Below are positions 1-11,691 of a DNA stretch of 61,285 nucleotides, piece by piece. The stretch spans positions 11,118,822-11,180,106 of the forward strand of contig NC_081387.1 in NCBI RefSeq assembly GCF_030684315.1, written 5' to 3'. A program made the position numbers and the translations under genes. The notes below the pieces were generated by a model that did not search any database, was not told where the DNA came from, and saw nothing but the letters and a program-made list of their open reading frames with translations. The stretch comes from Stegostoma tigrinum (lineage: Eukaryota). Within the stretch, counting starts at the first letter, position 1; each line of letters begins with the position of its first letter.

Positions 1-744
1 TGAGGAAGCCATTCAGCCCTTCAAGCCTGCTATGCAGGAATAGGAAGAGGTCATTTGGCCCCTTCAGTTTTTGACACAGTGACAGAAACAAGTCCCTCGG
101 ACCCACGATGCTGGCCATTCCCATGTCACTTTTAGTTTCCACCTGTGTTCCATTTCTGATGTTGAGGTTTTGTGGACCTCGGCAGCTGATGGTTGATTTG
201 TGGCATGCACAGCTGCAGGGAAGGAATGGTTCCTCCATTTGTGTGTATGCACTGCGATGGTATCGAGTCAGAGTCACACAGCAAGGAAACAGACCTTCAG
301 ACAGTTTAGTTAAATCGATGAGAATACCACAGTTAGGCCGACTGGAGAGAATAAAATATGATTTACTGAAATAAAACGAAGATTTGAGAAGCCATTTTGT
401 TAGCTTATTATCCAAAGCTGGGGAATGGAGAGAATTTCACAATTCACTTCAGCCTCATCCATTGAATAATCAGACTTTGTTTAGTTCTCAAGTTCATGCA
501 TTTTTCACTTTTTGCTTTACTTGTAAATGTATTTACTAATATTTTAACTTCACTTTTCTATCCTTTAACGTTCAATAAATCATTTGAAACAAAGGTTTTT
601 GCTGTCGCATTATAGTTAAGTCTCATACAAACCTGAATAATTTTAAATATTGGATTCACCAAAGTTAAAAACATGTAATCAAATAAATTGTACCAAATAA
701 AACACTCTGACAGTCATATGTTCCAGGGTTAAAATCGCAGTCAG

Positions 745-1529
745 CACCCTTCTTCAGAAATGGGGAAGTGGGAAGGAAACTCTGAAATAAATAGAGTGGG
801 GACAGGTGGGACTGGGAAAGGTAGCCGGGGTGGTGATAGGGATTGGTCAGTGAGGGGACACGAGCAGATAGGTGGTAGAGAAGATGGGCAGGTTGAGTCA
901 GGTCAAGGAGGTGGGGATGTGAAGAAGGTTTGGTCATGGGATGAGGACGGGATGGGGCGATTTTGAAGCGAGCAAAGTCCACATTGGGACCATTGGGCTG
1001 TAGGCTCCTAAGGTGGAACATGAGGTGCTGTTCCTCCAGTTTCCACGCAGCATAATTGTGACACTGGGGGAGGCCCAGGATGGATATGTTGTCCGTGGAG
1101 TGGGAGGGGGAGTTGAAGTGGTTAGCGACTGGAAGGTGTTGTCGTTTGTCGCAAACACAGCGCAAGTACTCTACAAAGCGGTCCCTGAGCCTCCGCTTCG
1201 CCTCACCAATGGCGAGGAGGCTGCAGGGGGAGCAGCGGATGCAATAGACCACATTGATAGATGTGCAGGTGACCCTCTGTCTGATGTGAAATATTTGTTT
1301 GGAGCCTGGGGATTGAGGTGGCCGGGGGCGGGGGGGTGAGGGGGGAGGAGATGTAGGGGCATGGTTCGAACTTCCTGCAGTTGCACAAAAAGGTCCTGTG
1401 GGTAGGGGACCAGAGGGGAGTGTCTAGTGGACGAGGGAGTCACAGAAAGAGCAATCCACAGGGAAGGCAGGGTGGGGGAATTATTTTCGGCTGTGGGATC
1501 AGATTGCAGGTGGCAGACGTGACGGAGAA
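745..1529 (-). mobile_element. Penelope-like element (PLE), 3' part with degenerate GIY-YIG endonuclease
   Basis: ORF 665..1252 reads VYCIRCSPCSLLAIGEAKRRLRDRFVEY..HFNS; same family as the intact copy at 15814-17610; frameshifted. Confidence 0.9.
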
Positions 1530-1839
1530 CACGGACTCCCACAGCTACATTAGAATACACTTCCTCTCACCCACGTCCCTGACCAGGAATGCAATCCCTT
1601 ACTCCAAATTCCTCCACCTCCCAAGATGGGGCGTTCCACTCCTCAACATCCCAAATATCCTCTCATTTCAAGGACGGCAACGTCCCCCCTTCAGTGGTCG
1701 AAAGTCATCTTGATCACATCCCTTGCGTTTCCCGCACCTCTGCCCTCACATCCCCTCACTGCAAAAACAAAGACAGAATTCCCCTTGTCCTCATATCACC
1801 CCATTAACCTCAGAATTCAGTGTATCATTCGCCGCCACT
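1530..1839 (+). mobile_element. Inverted 5' segment of the same PLE (RT thumb region)
   Basis: TDSHSY..NAIPYSKF..RIPLVL..INLRIQCIIRRH; it ends where the minus-strand segment begins (LRHVCHLQSDP). Confidence 0.8.
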
Positions 1840-1891
1840 GACTGAGGACTAATGCACCAGGACCCAGCTGGAATTGTGCCCAGTTACCCAC

Positions 1892-1940
1892 CTGCAGAGA
1901 GCTCTCCACACAGAAGCCCCAGCACGAACAGTCGGATCAT
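1892..1940 (-). CDS. MHC class I gene C, exon 1 (signal peptide MIRLFVLGLLCGELSA); rest of gene presumably left of the window
   Basis: 49-nt exon ATG..GCAG|GTGGGT, near-identical to the gene B leader at 23015-23063, with paralogous 5'UTR and promoter. Confidence 0.85.
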
Positions 1941-2060
1941 TGCGCCTTCAGCCACCGGCCTGGGAGGAGAAATGGGTGAGAGAAATCGTTTTCCAGTGAA
2001 ATGTCTCCAGACTGTGAGCTGCGCCTTGGGCTGATCTCCTTTCACTCAGGCACCTTCACA

Positions 2061-2210
2061 CTGATTGGTCCCAAACTATCATTGATCCAATCAGAATAAA
2101 AAGAATCAGTGAGTCATCTGTCTCCGGAAGAATAGATTTCAAACGGGTTGCGAATTCGCGCATTGACTCCTGGAAACTTCCCAAACAGATCCACACCTTT
2201 CACTTTCAGA
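2061..2210 (-). promoter_or_regulatory. Gene C promoter: ISRE, kB-like site, S, X1/X2, Y box and a second CCAAT
   Basis: Minus strand reads GAAAGTGAAAG (ISRE)..GGGAAGTTTCC..CAACCC (S)..CCGGAGACAGA-TGACTCA (X1-X2)-15 nt-CTGATTGG (Y)-18 nt-CCAATCAG. Confidence 0.8.
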
Positions 2211-2211
2211 A

Positions 2212-4995
2212 TGAGATAACAAAGTATGGAGCCGGAGGAACACGGCAAGCCTGGCAGCATCAGAGGAGCAGGAAAGCTGATGAATCGGTTCGGGACCCTT
2301 CAGAAATGGGGGAGAAGGAAGGGTCTCTTTAAAAATAAATAGAGCGGGGCGTGAATAGGCGGTATATAGGCTTCGGAGTTGGCCGGTGGTGGGGACGGGA
2401 GGAGCTAGTAGGTGGGAGAGAAGACGGACAGGTCAGTGAGGCTGGACGAGGAGCGGGGTGCCGGTCTTGCGATGAGGTCGGGGAGTAGGGAGATTTTGAA
2501 GCTGGTAAAGTCCACATTGATGCTGTTGGGTTGCAGGGTTCCCAGGCGGAATATGAGGTGCTGATCCTCCAGTTTCCGGATGGCATCACTGTAGCCCCAG
2601 GATGGACATGTCGTCCAGAGAGTGGGAGGGGGAGTTGAAGTTCTTTGAGACTGGAAGGTTGTTGTTTGTCACTAACCGAACGTAAGTGTTCCACAAAGTA
2701 GTCTCCGAGCCTCTGCTTGCTCTCACCGATGGAGAGGAGGCCACATCGCGTACAGCGGATGCAGTATATCACATTAGCAGATGTGCAAGTGAACATCTGT
2801 TTGATGAGGAAGTTCTTATTAGAGCCTGGAATGGGGGTGAGGAGGGAGGTATAGGGGCAGATGTAGCACTTCCTGTCGGGGCAACTGAGGAGTGTGGAGC
2901 GGAAGAGGGAGTTGCAGAGAGAGTGGTCCTTCCAGAAAGCAGATAAGGGTGGGGAGGTAAATATATCCTTGGTAGTGGGGTCAGATTGCAGATGGCAGAA
3001 GTGGTGGAGAATGGTGTGTTGAATTGAGAGGTTAATGGGGTGATGTGTGAGGACAAGGGGAATTCTGTCTTTGTTGTTATTGTGGCGAGAGGGTGTGAGG
3101 GCTGAGGTGCGGGAAACACAAAAGGTGCGGTCGAGGAAGTTTTCGACCACTGTTGGGGGGAGGTTGCAGTTATTGAAATACGAGGACATCTGGGATGTTC
3201 AGGAGTGGAATGCCTCATCTTGGGAGCAGTTGCAGTGGAGGCAGAGGAATTGGGAATAGGGGAATGCATTCTTGCAGGAAAGTGTGTGAGAAGAATGTAG
3301 TCTGGGTAGCTAGTGGACTTGAAGTAGATATCAGTTTTGAGGTGATCACCAGAGATGGAGACAGAGAGGTCCAGGAAGGAGAGAGAGGTATCAGAGATGG
3401 TCCAGGTGAACTTGAGGCTGGCGTTGGAGGCGTTAATAAAGTGGATGAACTGTTTGAGCTCCTCGTTAGAGTATGAGATGGTGCCAATACAGTTATCGAT
3501 GCAGCGGAGGAAGAGTTGGGGGATTGTGGCAGACTAGCTGCGAAAGAGGGACTGTTGCATGTATCCTACAAAGAGGCAGGCATAGCTTGGGCCCATGCGG
3601 GTACCCATGGCCACCCCCTTAGTCTATAGGAGGTGGGAGGAGTTGAAGGAGTTGTTAAGGGTAATGATGAGTTCAGTTAAGTGGATAAGGATATCGGTGG
3701 AGGGGGTCTGGTTGGGCCTGCAGGAGAGGAAGAAGCTTTTGGGCCGTCGGACTGGCGAAGGTAAGATGTTGGGGGCCAGGGAATCTGAATTTTGGAGGAG
3801 GTGGAGAGCATGGGTGGTGTCCCAGATGGAGGTGGGGAGTTCCTAGACCAGGAGGGAGGTAGTAGAGTCAAGATAAGTGGAGATAAGTTCGGTGGGGCAG
3901 GAGCAGGCGGAGACAATGGGTTGGCTGGGGCAGTCAAGTTTGTGGATTTTGGGAGGGAGAAAGAAACAGACAATGCGGGGTTGGGGAATGATGAGGTTGG
4001 AGGCTGTGGGTGGGAGGTCACCTGAGGCGATGAGGTTATGGATGTTCTGGGAGATGAAGTTTTGGTGGTTGGGGGGGTGGGGTCATGATCAAGGGGGCGG
4101 TAGGAGGAGGTGCCGGAGAGATGGCATCTGGCCTTGGCGATGTAGAGGTCAGTGCGCCATACTACAACTGCACCACTCATGTCCGCCGGCCCAATAGTGA
4201 GCTTGGGGTTGGAGCAGAGGACTGCAAGTTCCATAGGGGAGAGGTTGAGGCATTCAGTGTCTCAATGGCAGTTGGAGATGAAGCGATCAAGGGAGGGTAG
4301 GAGGCCTTGGGGTGTTGTCCAGGATGATGGGGTGTGTTGGAGGCGGGAGAAGGGATCGGTAGAGGGGGGTTTGTCTTGCATCTAAAGAAATAAGTGCGGA
4401 GGCGGCGGAAAAACTGTTTGATGTCCCAGTGTGGGGGGGTATTCGTTGATGTTCAGGTGGAGGAGGATAAAGGTGAGCCCTTTACTGAGGACTGACCATT
4501 CGTCCTCAGTGAGGGGGAGGCCGGGGGTGATGGTGAAGGCAGGGCTGGGGGCTGATGTTGGCTGTATAGCTAGTGGCTGTTGAGAAAGTCGGTGGAGCGG
4601 CGTCGGTGTCGGCATTGGCAGGGGGCATCCTTGATGTTGGCAGTGACAGCCCCTGCCAACATCGAAGCCTCTTCCACAGACCCCTTCTCCTGCCTCCAGT
4701 AACAAATTTCCTGGCTTCGCAACAGCAATTGCTACGTTGCCACTGCTTTCCTCGGTGTTCTGGGAGATCTCTGGGCTCGTGGTCCCCAGAATCTGGATTT
4801 GCTGCCTTGATGCTCCTTTTCATTCGGGATCTACAAGACCTCTTTTGTTGAGTGTGCTGAGATCATCTCACCCAAAATCTATTCACACCATTGCAGTAAG
4901 TGACATTGAATCCATTCCACTACATTAACCCTTTCAGAACCAAATGACTTAGACTTCACCAAACACAAGTCAAGAATACATTGCATCACTCCAAA
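2212..4995 (-). mobile_element. Long degenerate Penelope-like (Neptune-type) retroelement
   Basis: Fragments of RT (AVVVWRTDLYIAKA, GVAMGTRMGPSY) and EN (NVIYCIRCTRCGLLSIGESK) across ORFs 2329..3189 and 3677..4234; family terminus at 2212-2305. Confidence 0.9.
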
Positions 4996-4996
4996 A

Positions 4997-5830
4997 CATA
5001 GAGTCACAGAATTATACAGCACAGAAAGAGGCCTTTAAGTCCAATTCATCTATGGTCACTGGGTTTCCTAAACTGAGCTAGTCCCATTTGTCTCTGCTTG
5101 GCACATATTCCTCTAAATCTTTCCTATCCATGTACTCATCCAAATGTCTTTGAAATGTTATAATTGTACCCACTTCTACCACTTCTCTTGGCATTTCGTT
5201 CCATATATGCACCACCCTCTGTGTGAAAAAGTTCACCTTACCTATGCCCCTTGTGATTTTATAAACCTCTATAAGGAACTGTTCAGCCTCCTATCCTTCA
5301 GGCAAGGAAATCCCTGCCTATCCAGCTGCTCTTTATAACACATAATGTGAATGTTCCCCCTCTTAGAACCATTTTTTCAAACCTTTTTTTGCACCTTTAC
5401 CAGTTTAATAACATTCTTGTGTAGTAGGGTGCCCAGAATTGTATGCAGCACAATTGTATGACCTTACCAATGCCTTGTTTAGCCATAACATGTGATCCTG
5501 TACTCAAGTATGTCAAACACCTGTCAACTTGTGATACCACTCCCAAGGAGCTATGCACCTGCACTTTGACAACTCTACCCAGGGCCCTGCCATTAACTCT
5601 GTAAGCCCTGTCCTCGTTTGTCTCACCAAAATAAGACACCTCGCATTTTTCTGAATTAAACTCCACCTGCAATTCCTCGGCCCACTGACCCAGTTGATCA
5701 AGATCCTGTTGTATTCTGAGGTAACTTTCTTCACTGTCCAGTATACTGCCAATTTTACTGTCACGAGCAAACTTACTAACCTTAAACTCCTGCACTCTCA
5801 TCCACATCATTTATTTAATTGAAGAACAAC
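4997..5830 (-). mobile_element. Degenerate CR1/HER1-like LINE 3' fragment
   Basis: ORF 5397..5810 VSKFARDSKIG..LQVEFNSEKCEV..IQFWAPYY matches the CR1 RT C-terminus. Confidence 0.8.
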
Positions 5831-5951
5831 AGTGCTCCCGAGAGGGGGATATAGGTTCAAGAAAAAAATTGACACACAGACAGTGGAGGCAACTGTGGAT
5901 TTAGCAGCTTTTAGAATAGATAGGTGCAGAGACCTGAATGAGGTTTATCAC

Positions 5952-6970
5952 AGAGATAATGGGAACTGCAGATGTTGGAGAATCAAAGATAACAAAGTCT
6001 GGAGCTGGATGAACACAGCAGGCCAAGCAGCATCTTAGGAGCACCAAAGCTGATGTTTCGGGCCTAGACCCTTCATCAAAAAAGGGGAAGGGGGAGAGGG
6101 TTCTGAAATAAATAGGGAGAGACGGGGAGGAGGATCACAGATGGATAGAGGAGAAGATAGGTGGAGAGGGAACAGACAGGTTAAAGAGGCGGGGATGGAG
6201 CTAGTAGAGGTGAGTGTAAGTGGGGAGGTAGGGAGGGGATAGGTCAGTCCAGGGAGGACAGACAGGTCAAGGGAGCGGGATGAGGTTAGTAGGTAGGAAT
6301 TGGGGGTGCGGCTTGAGGTGAGAGGAGGGGATAGGTGAGAGGAATAACAGGTTAGGGAGGTGGGGACAAGCTGGGCTGGTTTTGGGATGCAGCGGGGGGG
6401 AGGGGAGATTTTGAAGCTTGTGAAATCCACAATGATACCATTGGGCTGCAGGGTTCCCAAGTGAATATGAGTTGCTGTTCCTGCAACCTTTGGATGGCAT
6501 CGTGGTGGCACTGCAGGAGGGCCAGGATGGACATGTCGTCTAAGGAGTGGGAGGGGGAGTTGAAATGGTCTAACTGGGAGGTGCAGTTGTTTATTGCAAA
6601 CCGAGCATAGGTGTTCTGCAAAGCAGTCCCTAAGCATCCGCTTGGTTTCCCCAATGTAGAGGAGGCGACAACGTGTACAGCAGATGGAGTATACCACATT
6701 GGCAGATGTGCAGGGGAACATCTGCTTGATGTGGAATGTCATCTTGGGGCCTGGGAAGGGGGTGAGGGAGGAGGTGTGGGGGCAAGTGTAGCACTTCCTG
6801 CGGTTGCAGGGGAAAGTGTCGGGTGCGGTGGGGTTGGCGGGGAGTGTGGAGCGGACAAGGGAGTCACAGAGAGAGTGGTCTCTCTGAAAAGCAGACAAGG
6901 GTGGGGATGGAGAAATATCTTTGGTGGTGGGGTTGGATTGCAGATGGTGAAAGTGTCAGAGAATGATCAC
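5952..6970 (-). mobile_element. 5'-truncated PLE (linker, GIY-YIG EN and terminus)
   Basis: ORF 6035..6898 FPCNRRKCYTCP..NVVYSICCTRCRLLYIGETKR. Confidence 0.9.
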
Positions 6971-7174
6971 CAGGCATAAAATATCAGATGCTCTGGCAGC
7001 AATTCAAATATTATCTCTGGCTGCAGATGTGATGCTGAAGGCTGCTAACGTTGTTCCATTTTTCAAAGAGGTAGGAAGTGTAGCCCAGTCAGTCTGAACT
7101 CAGTGGTGGGGAATCTGTCAGAAAGAATTCTGAGGCACAGAATATATCGGTTCATGAGAAACATGGACTAATCA

Positions 7175-7660
7175 GAAGCCAAAGAACTATGGATGCTGGA
7201 AATCAGAAACCTCTGGAAAATCTTTGAAGTTCTGGCAGCATCTGTGGAGAGAAAGCAGTGTTAACATTTCAGGTCCAGTGACCCTTCTTCAGAACTGATT
7301 GCAACTAGGAAAAGGCTGTAGGGTGACAAGTTGGGGAAGGAGAACGTTATAGGTGGAGATGGAGCCCAGAGATAGAGAGAAATACCACTGGGAAGGCCAA
7401 GGACTAGGTAAAGGTCAGCTTGGGGGAATGACTAGCTGTAACAGGAACCATTAGTGGCTGGCAGTGGGCTCCCAAGTGGAAAATGAGGTGCTGTTCTTCC
7501 AGCTGTGCTGAGCTTTGCTGGAGCACTGCAGCAAGCCTGAGATGGGAATGTTGGCCAGAGAACACGGCAGAGTGTTGAAGTTATAGGCAACCTGAAGCTC
7601 AGGGTCAGAACATTGGTATTCTGCAAAACAGTCACTCAATCTGTGCTTCATTTCCCCAAA
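7175..7660 (-). mobile_element. Second, older PLE subfamily: 3' fragment plus terminus
   Basis: MKHRLSDCFAE..VAYNFN; terminus CTGAAGAAGGGTCACTGGACCTGAAATGTT on minus; related to 44125-45112. Confidence 0.65.
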
Positions 7661-9105
7661 TGGAGTTTAATTCAGATAAATGCAAGGTTGCATTTTGGTA
7701 AGACAAACCAGGACAGAACGTACACAGATAATCTTTGGGCCCTGGGGAGTGTTGTTGAAGAGATACTTAGGGGTGCAGGTACACAGTGCCTTGAAATTAG
7801 TGTCACACATAGATGGGTGATGAAGAAGGTATTTGGCTTCATTAGTCAGAGCATTGAGTATACTGGCAGATGAGGTTAATCCAGGTAAGTGTGCACTTTG
7901 GGGGGTCAAATGTTAAGGAAGAGTATATAGTCAATGGCAGGACCCTGAGCAGCATTGTTATACAGAGGAATCTTGAGGTTCAAGACCATAGCTTCATGAA
8001 AGTGGCCATGCAGGTACATTGGGTGGGAAAGAAGGCGTATGGCATGCTTGCCTTTATTAGTCAGGGAACTGCGTACAAGAGTCAGGTTGTCATTTTGCAG
8101 CTTTATAAGACTTTGGTTAAGCCACACTTAAAGCATTCAATTTTGGTCACGACATTACAGGAAGAATGTGGAAGCTTTGGAGAGGATGAAGAAGAGGTTT
8201 ACCAGGATGCTGCCTGGATTAGAGGGTATGAGCTAGAAGGAGAGGCGAGAAAAACTCGGGTTTCTCTGGAGTGACGGAGCTTGAGGGAAGACGTGATAGA
8301 AGTCTGTAAAATTATAAGCAGCAGAGATAGGATTGACGGTCAGAATCTTTTTGTCAGACTGGAAATATCTAATACTAGTGGGCATGCATTTAAGGTGAGA
8401 CGGGGAAAGTTCAAAGGAGATGTCAGGGGCACGTTTTTCACACAGAGAGTGGCAGAAGTCTGGAACATGCTGACAGGTGTGGTGGTGGAGGCAGATACGA
8501 TAGGTTCATTTAAGGGCCTTTTAGATAAGAACATGAATATGCACGGAATGGAACGATAGCGACCAAGACCAGGCTGAAGGGATTGGTTTCATTTGGCACC
8601 ATGGGTCTGTGCTGCACAGTTCTGTATTCTGTATTCTATTGGAGTTGGGACATCACGTTAGGGATGAACAAGACATTGGACATTTGGAGCACTGTATCCA
8701 GTGGTGTTGCATCGCTATAAGAAAGATTTTATGAAACTGGAAAGGGTGAAGTACCAAGACTGGAGGGTGTGATTCATAAGGAGAGTTTGGATAGACTAGG
8801 ACGGTTTTCCCTGGAACATGGGATGCTGAGGTGTGACCTCATGGAGGCTCATAAAATCACGAGAGGCACAGATAAGATGAATAGCCAAGGTCTTTCCCCC
8901 AGGTTAGGGAAGCCCAAAACTAGAGGTTTTACATGAAAGGGGGCAGATTCGAGGGACAAATTTTTCAGACAGAGTGTGGCACACATATGGAATGAACTTC
9001 CAGAGGAAGTGGAACAGGCAGGTACAATTCCAACATTTAAAAAAAATGGACAGTTATATGAATAGGAAAGGCTTAGAGGTATACAGTCCAAACACAGGCA
9101 AATGG
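7660..9105 (+). mobile_element. Cluster of degenerate CR1-like LINE 3' fragments
   Basis: KKAYGMLAFI..LYKTLVKPHL and FFTQRVAEVWNML motifs in ORFs 7870..8274 and 8281..8559. Confidence 0.8.
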
Positions 9106-9281
9106 GTCGCATCATCCTATGACAATTCCGCCATCTGTAATCTGACCCAACTGCGAAAGACATTTTTCCCTCCCCACCCTTATCTGCCTTGCGGAGGCAC
9201 CACTCTCTCTGTGACTCCCTTGTCCGCTCCACACTCCACGCCCAGCCTCACAACGCCGACGCTATTCCCTGCAACCGCAGG
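9105..9281 (+). mobile_element. Short PLE fragment directly upstream of MHC fragment A
   Basis: Matches ~16593-16766 of the intact PLE (atcatcct..ttccgccat..cttgtccgctccacact..ccctgcaaccgcagg). Confidence 0.85.
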
Positions 9282-9895
9282 TGCAGACAGTTCAGGTCAC
9301 CATGTGGTTGAAAGGACATTCAGGTATTGTAGAGGGTGCAGAGAAGAATGACAATGACAATGTCAGAAATATGTGAGTGAATATTATCAGGGAAAGGATT
9401 GGCAGGCTGGGTGTCTCTGGAATAATAAATCCCAAAGGATGGATCAACAGAGATCTTTAAGTGGATAAAACATTTTGATAGAGTGGATGCAGAGCGCGTG
9501 TTTGGTGAAGAAACTCAAGATTACCAACACAAGACAATCACCAAAAATTCCAAAAGGAATTCAAAAGAAACTTCTCCAGCCAAAGAATGGGGAGAATGTG
9601 AAAGTTGGTGCTACAGGAAGCCTGACTTGTTCAAATGTATTTAAGTGGAAATTAGAAAGGAATAGCAAGTGTCAATGACAGATTTAGATCAGGAAGGATC
9701 AGGATAAAAGTGAGGATATACTGATTGGACCAAATGACCTGGATGTATGCAGTATATCCTGTATAACACACATTTTTCTTTACTTTCTTGCTCTCTGTCT
9801 CTGTCTCCCTGCCTCCCCTCTCTCTTTGTGTTGGTCTCTCTCCCTCCTTTTTTTTTCTGTCATTCGCTCTGGTTTTTTCTCTCTTTATTCGACAG

Positions 9896-11691
9896 ATCTG
9901 AAGTCTCTCTCCCAGGTTCCTGTTATCGTTGGGATTGTATTTGGAGTCCTTGGGATCATCGCTCTCACTGCTGGGGCTGTCATCATTTACAAGAAGAAAT
10001 GTAAGGGTTTGTGTTAAAATTGCAGCCTCTCTCTGGGGTCTCAGCATGTTGGAGAGCCAGAAGGGAGATGGCCATAAAATAGTGAAGGAACATTGTAAGC
10101 AGTTTTGGGTCCAATGTCTGAGAAAGGATGTGCTGCCCTTGGGAATCCAGAGGAGGTTTACAAGAATGATCCCTGGGTTGAAGGGTTTGTCAAATGAGGA
10201 GTGGGTGAGAACTCTGGGTCTGTGTTTCCTGGAGTTTTGAAGGTCGGGGGTGAATCTCATTGAAACTTACAGATTACTGAGAGGCCTGGATAGAGTGGAT
10301 GTGGAGAAGATGTTTCCATGAGCAGGAGAGACAAGGACCAAAGGGGCCAGTATAGTGTAAGAAGGGACAATCCTTTAGAACTGAGGAGGAATTTCCTCAG
10401 CCAGACAGTGGTGATTCTTTGGAAACCCATTGTTGCAGGAGGGTGTGGAGGCCAAGACACTAAGCGTCCTTAAGACAGGGATAGTTAGGTATTTAATTGG
10501 TAAGCGGATGAAGGGTTATGCAGAAAAGGCAGGTGAATGGGTTTGAGGAATACATCAACCACAATTGAATGATGGAGCAAGCCCGATGTACCAAATAGCC
10601 TAAATCTGCTGCAGTATCTTCTGGTCCTCGGTTATTTGTTTGGGTTAGGAGGGTGTGCAAGGAATCTCTGTGTTTAGGAGTCGGTCTTTGTGTTAGCAAT
10701 GGCTCAGGCTGTGGGGAGAGGGCCTCCATTTTTTGAAGGAGGGTCTGCAATGGTGCCCTGCTTCTCAGGATAATGTGGAAGGTCTCAGGGTTCGGACTCT
10801 CACGTTATGAACGTAACATCAGATATTTCAGATTGGGGCTGGCCCTCAGTTAAGTGTTGGGCATCAGCAGATCAGGGCAATGTGGGCATGAGGGGCTGAA
10901 TCTAGATGGGAGTGAGAGTCTCCAGCTTTTCTTCTGATTTTCTCTCAGTCTCTCGACACTCACTGAACGTTCCTTGATTTACAGGAGTGAGGAGCAACTA
11001 CAATCGCGTAAACAGTGAGCCGACAGTGCACATATCTCTGTTACTGTTTGACTAACTCATTTCTGTTTCAGACAAAGATCCATAAAATGCTGGAGATCTG
11101 AAACACAAAAAGAACAGAAATTACTAAAGAAACTCCACAGTTCTGGCAGCATCTATCACGAAAAAAATGTTAACATTTTGAGTCCTTTGGAGTTCTGTTG
11201 GGAGTGTCACTGGACCCAAAGCATTAATTGTGCTTTCTCTCTGCAGATGATGTCTCAGGTGTTGAGTTTCTCCAGTAATGTCAGTTTTTGTTGTTTGTCT
11301 GGTCTAGTCTTGACTGGTGTGGTCTGTTTGTCTTTCATTCTTCTCTCGCTCTCTCATTTCTCCTCAGGTGCTCTCTCCCTCTCTCTCGTGCGTTCTCTTT
11401 ATGACTTTCATTTGCCTCCCCTCATACTCTCTATCTCTCATTTCTCCTGCTGTTGAACTGTCTCTTTTATTTGTCTCTCTCATGCTTTCTCTGTCAATTC
11501 TACGATTCATGCCATCTCCCGCACTCCCTCTCTCTTGTTTCTCTCTCCTGCACTCTGTCATTCTTCCTCTCATGTCTGATGTCTCCATCATATTTTCTCT
11601 TGCTGTGATAATGAACAGTATTTAATGCCTCTCTTTCCATTAACAGCTTCTGACGAAAGGTCATCTTGTCACAGTTCAACCACTACCTGAG
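9896..11691 (+). pseudogene. Orphan 3' half of an MHC class I gene (A): TM exon 9896-10000, cytoplasmic exons 10985-11014 and 11647-11691
   Basis: TM DLKSLSQVPVIVGIVFGVLGIIALTAGAVIIYKKK; tail VRSNYNRVN/TSDERSSCHSSTTT*; canonical AG/GT sites; paralogous to 33731-35558; TM-to-tail splice makes T|GA stop; no alpha3 exon found upstream. Confidence 0.8.
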
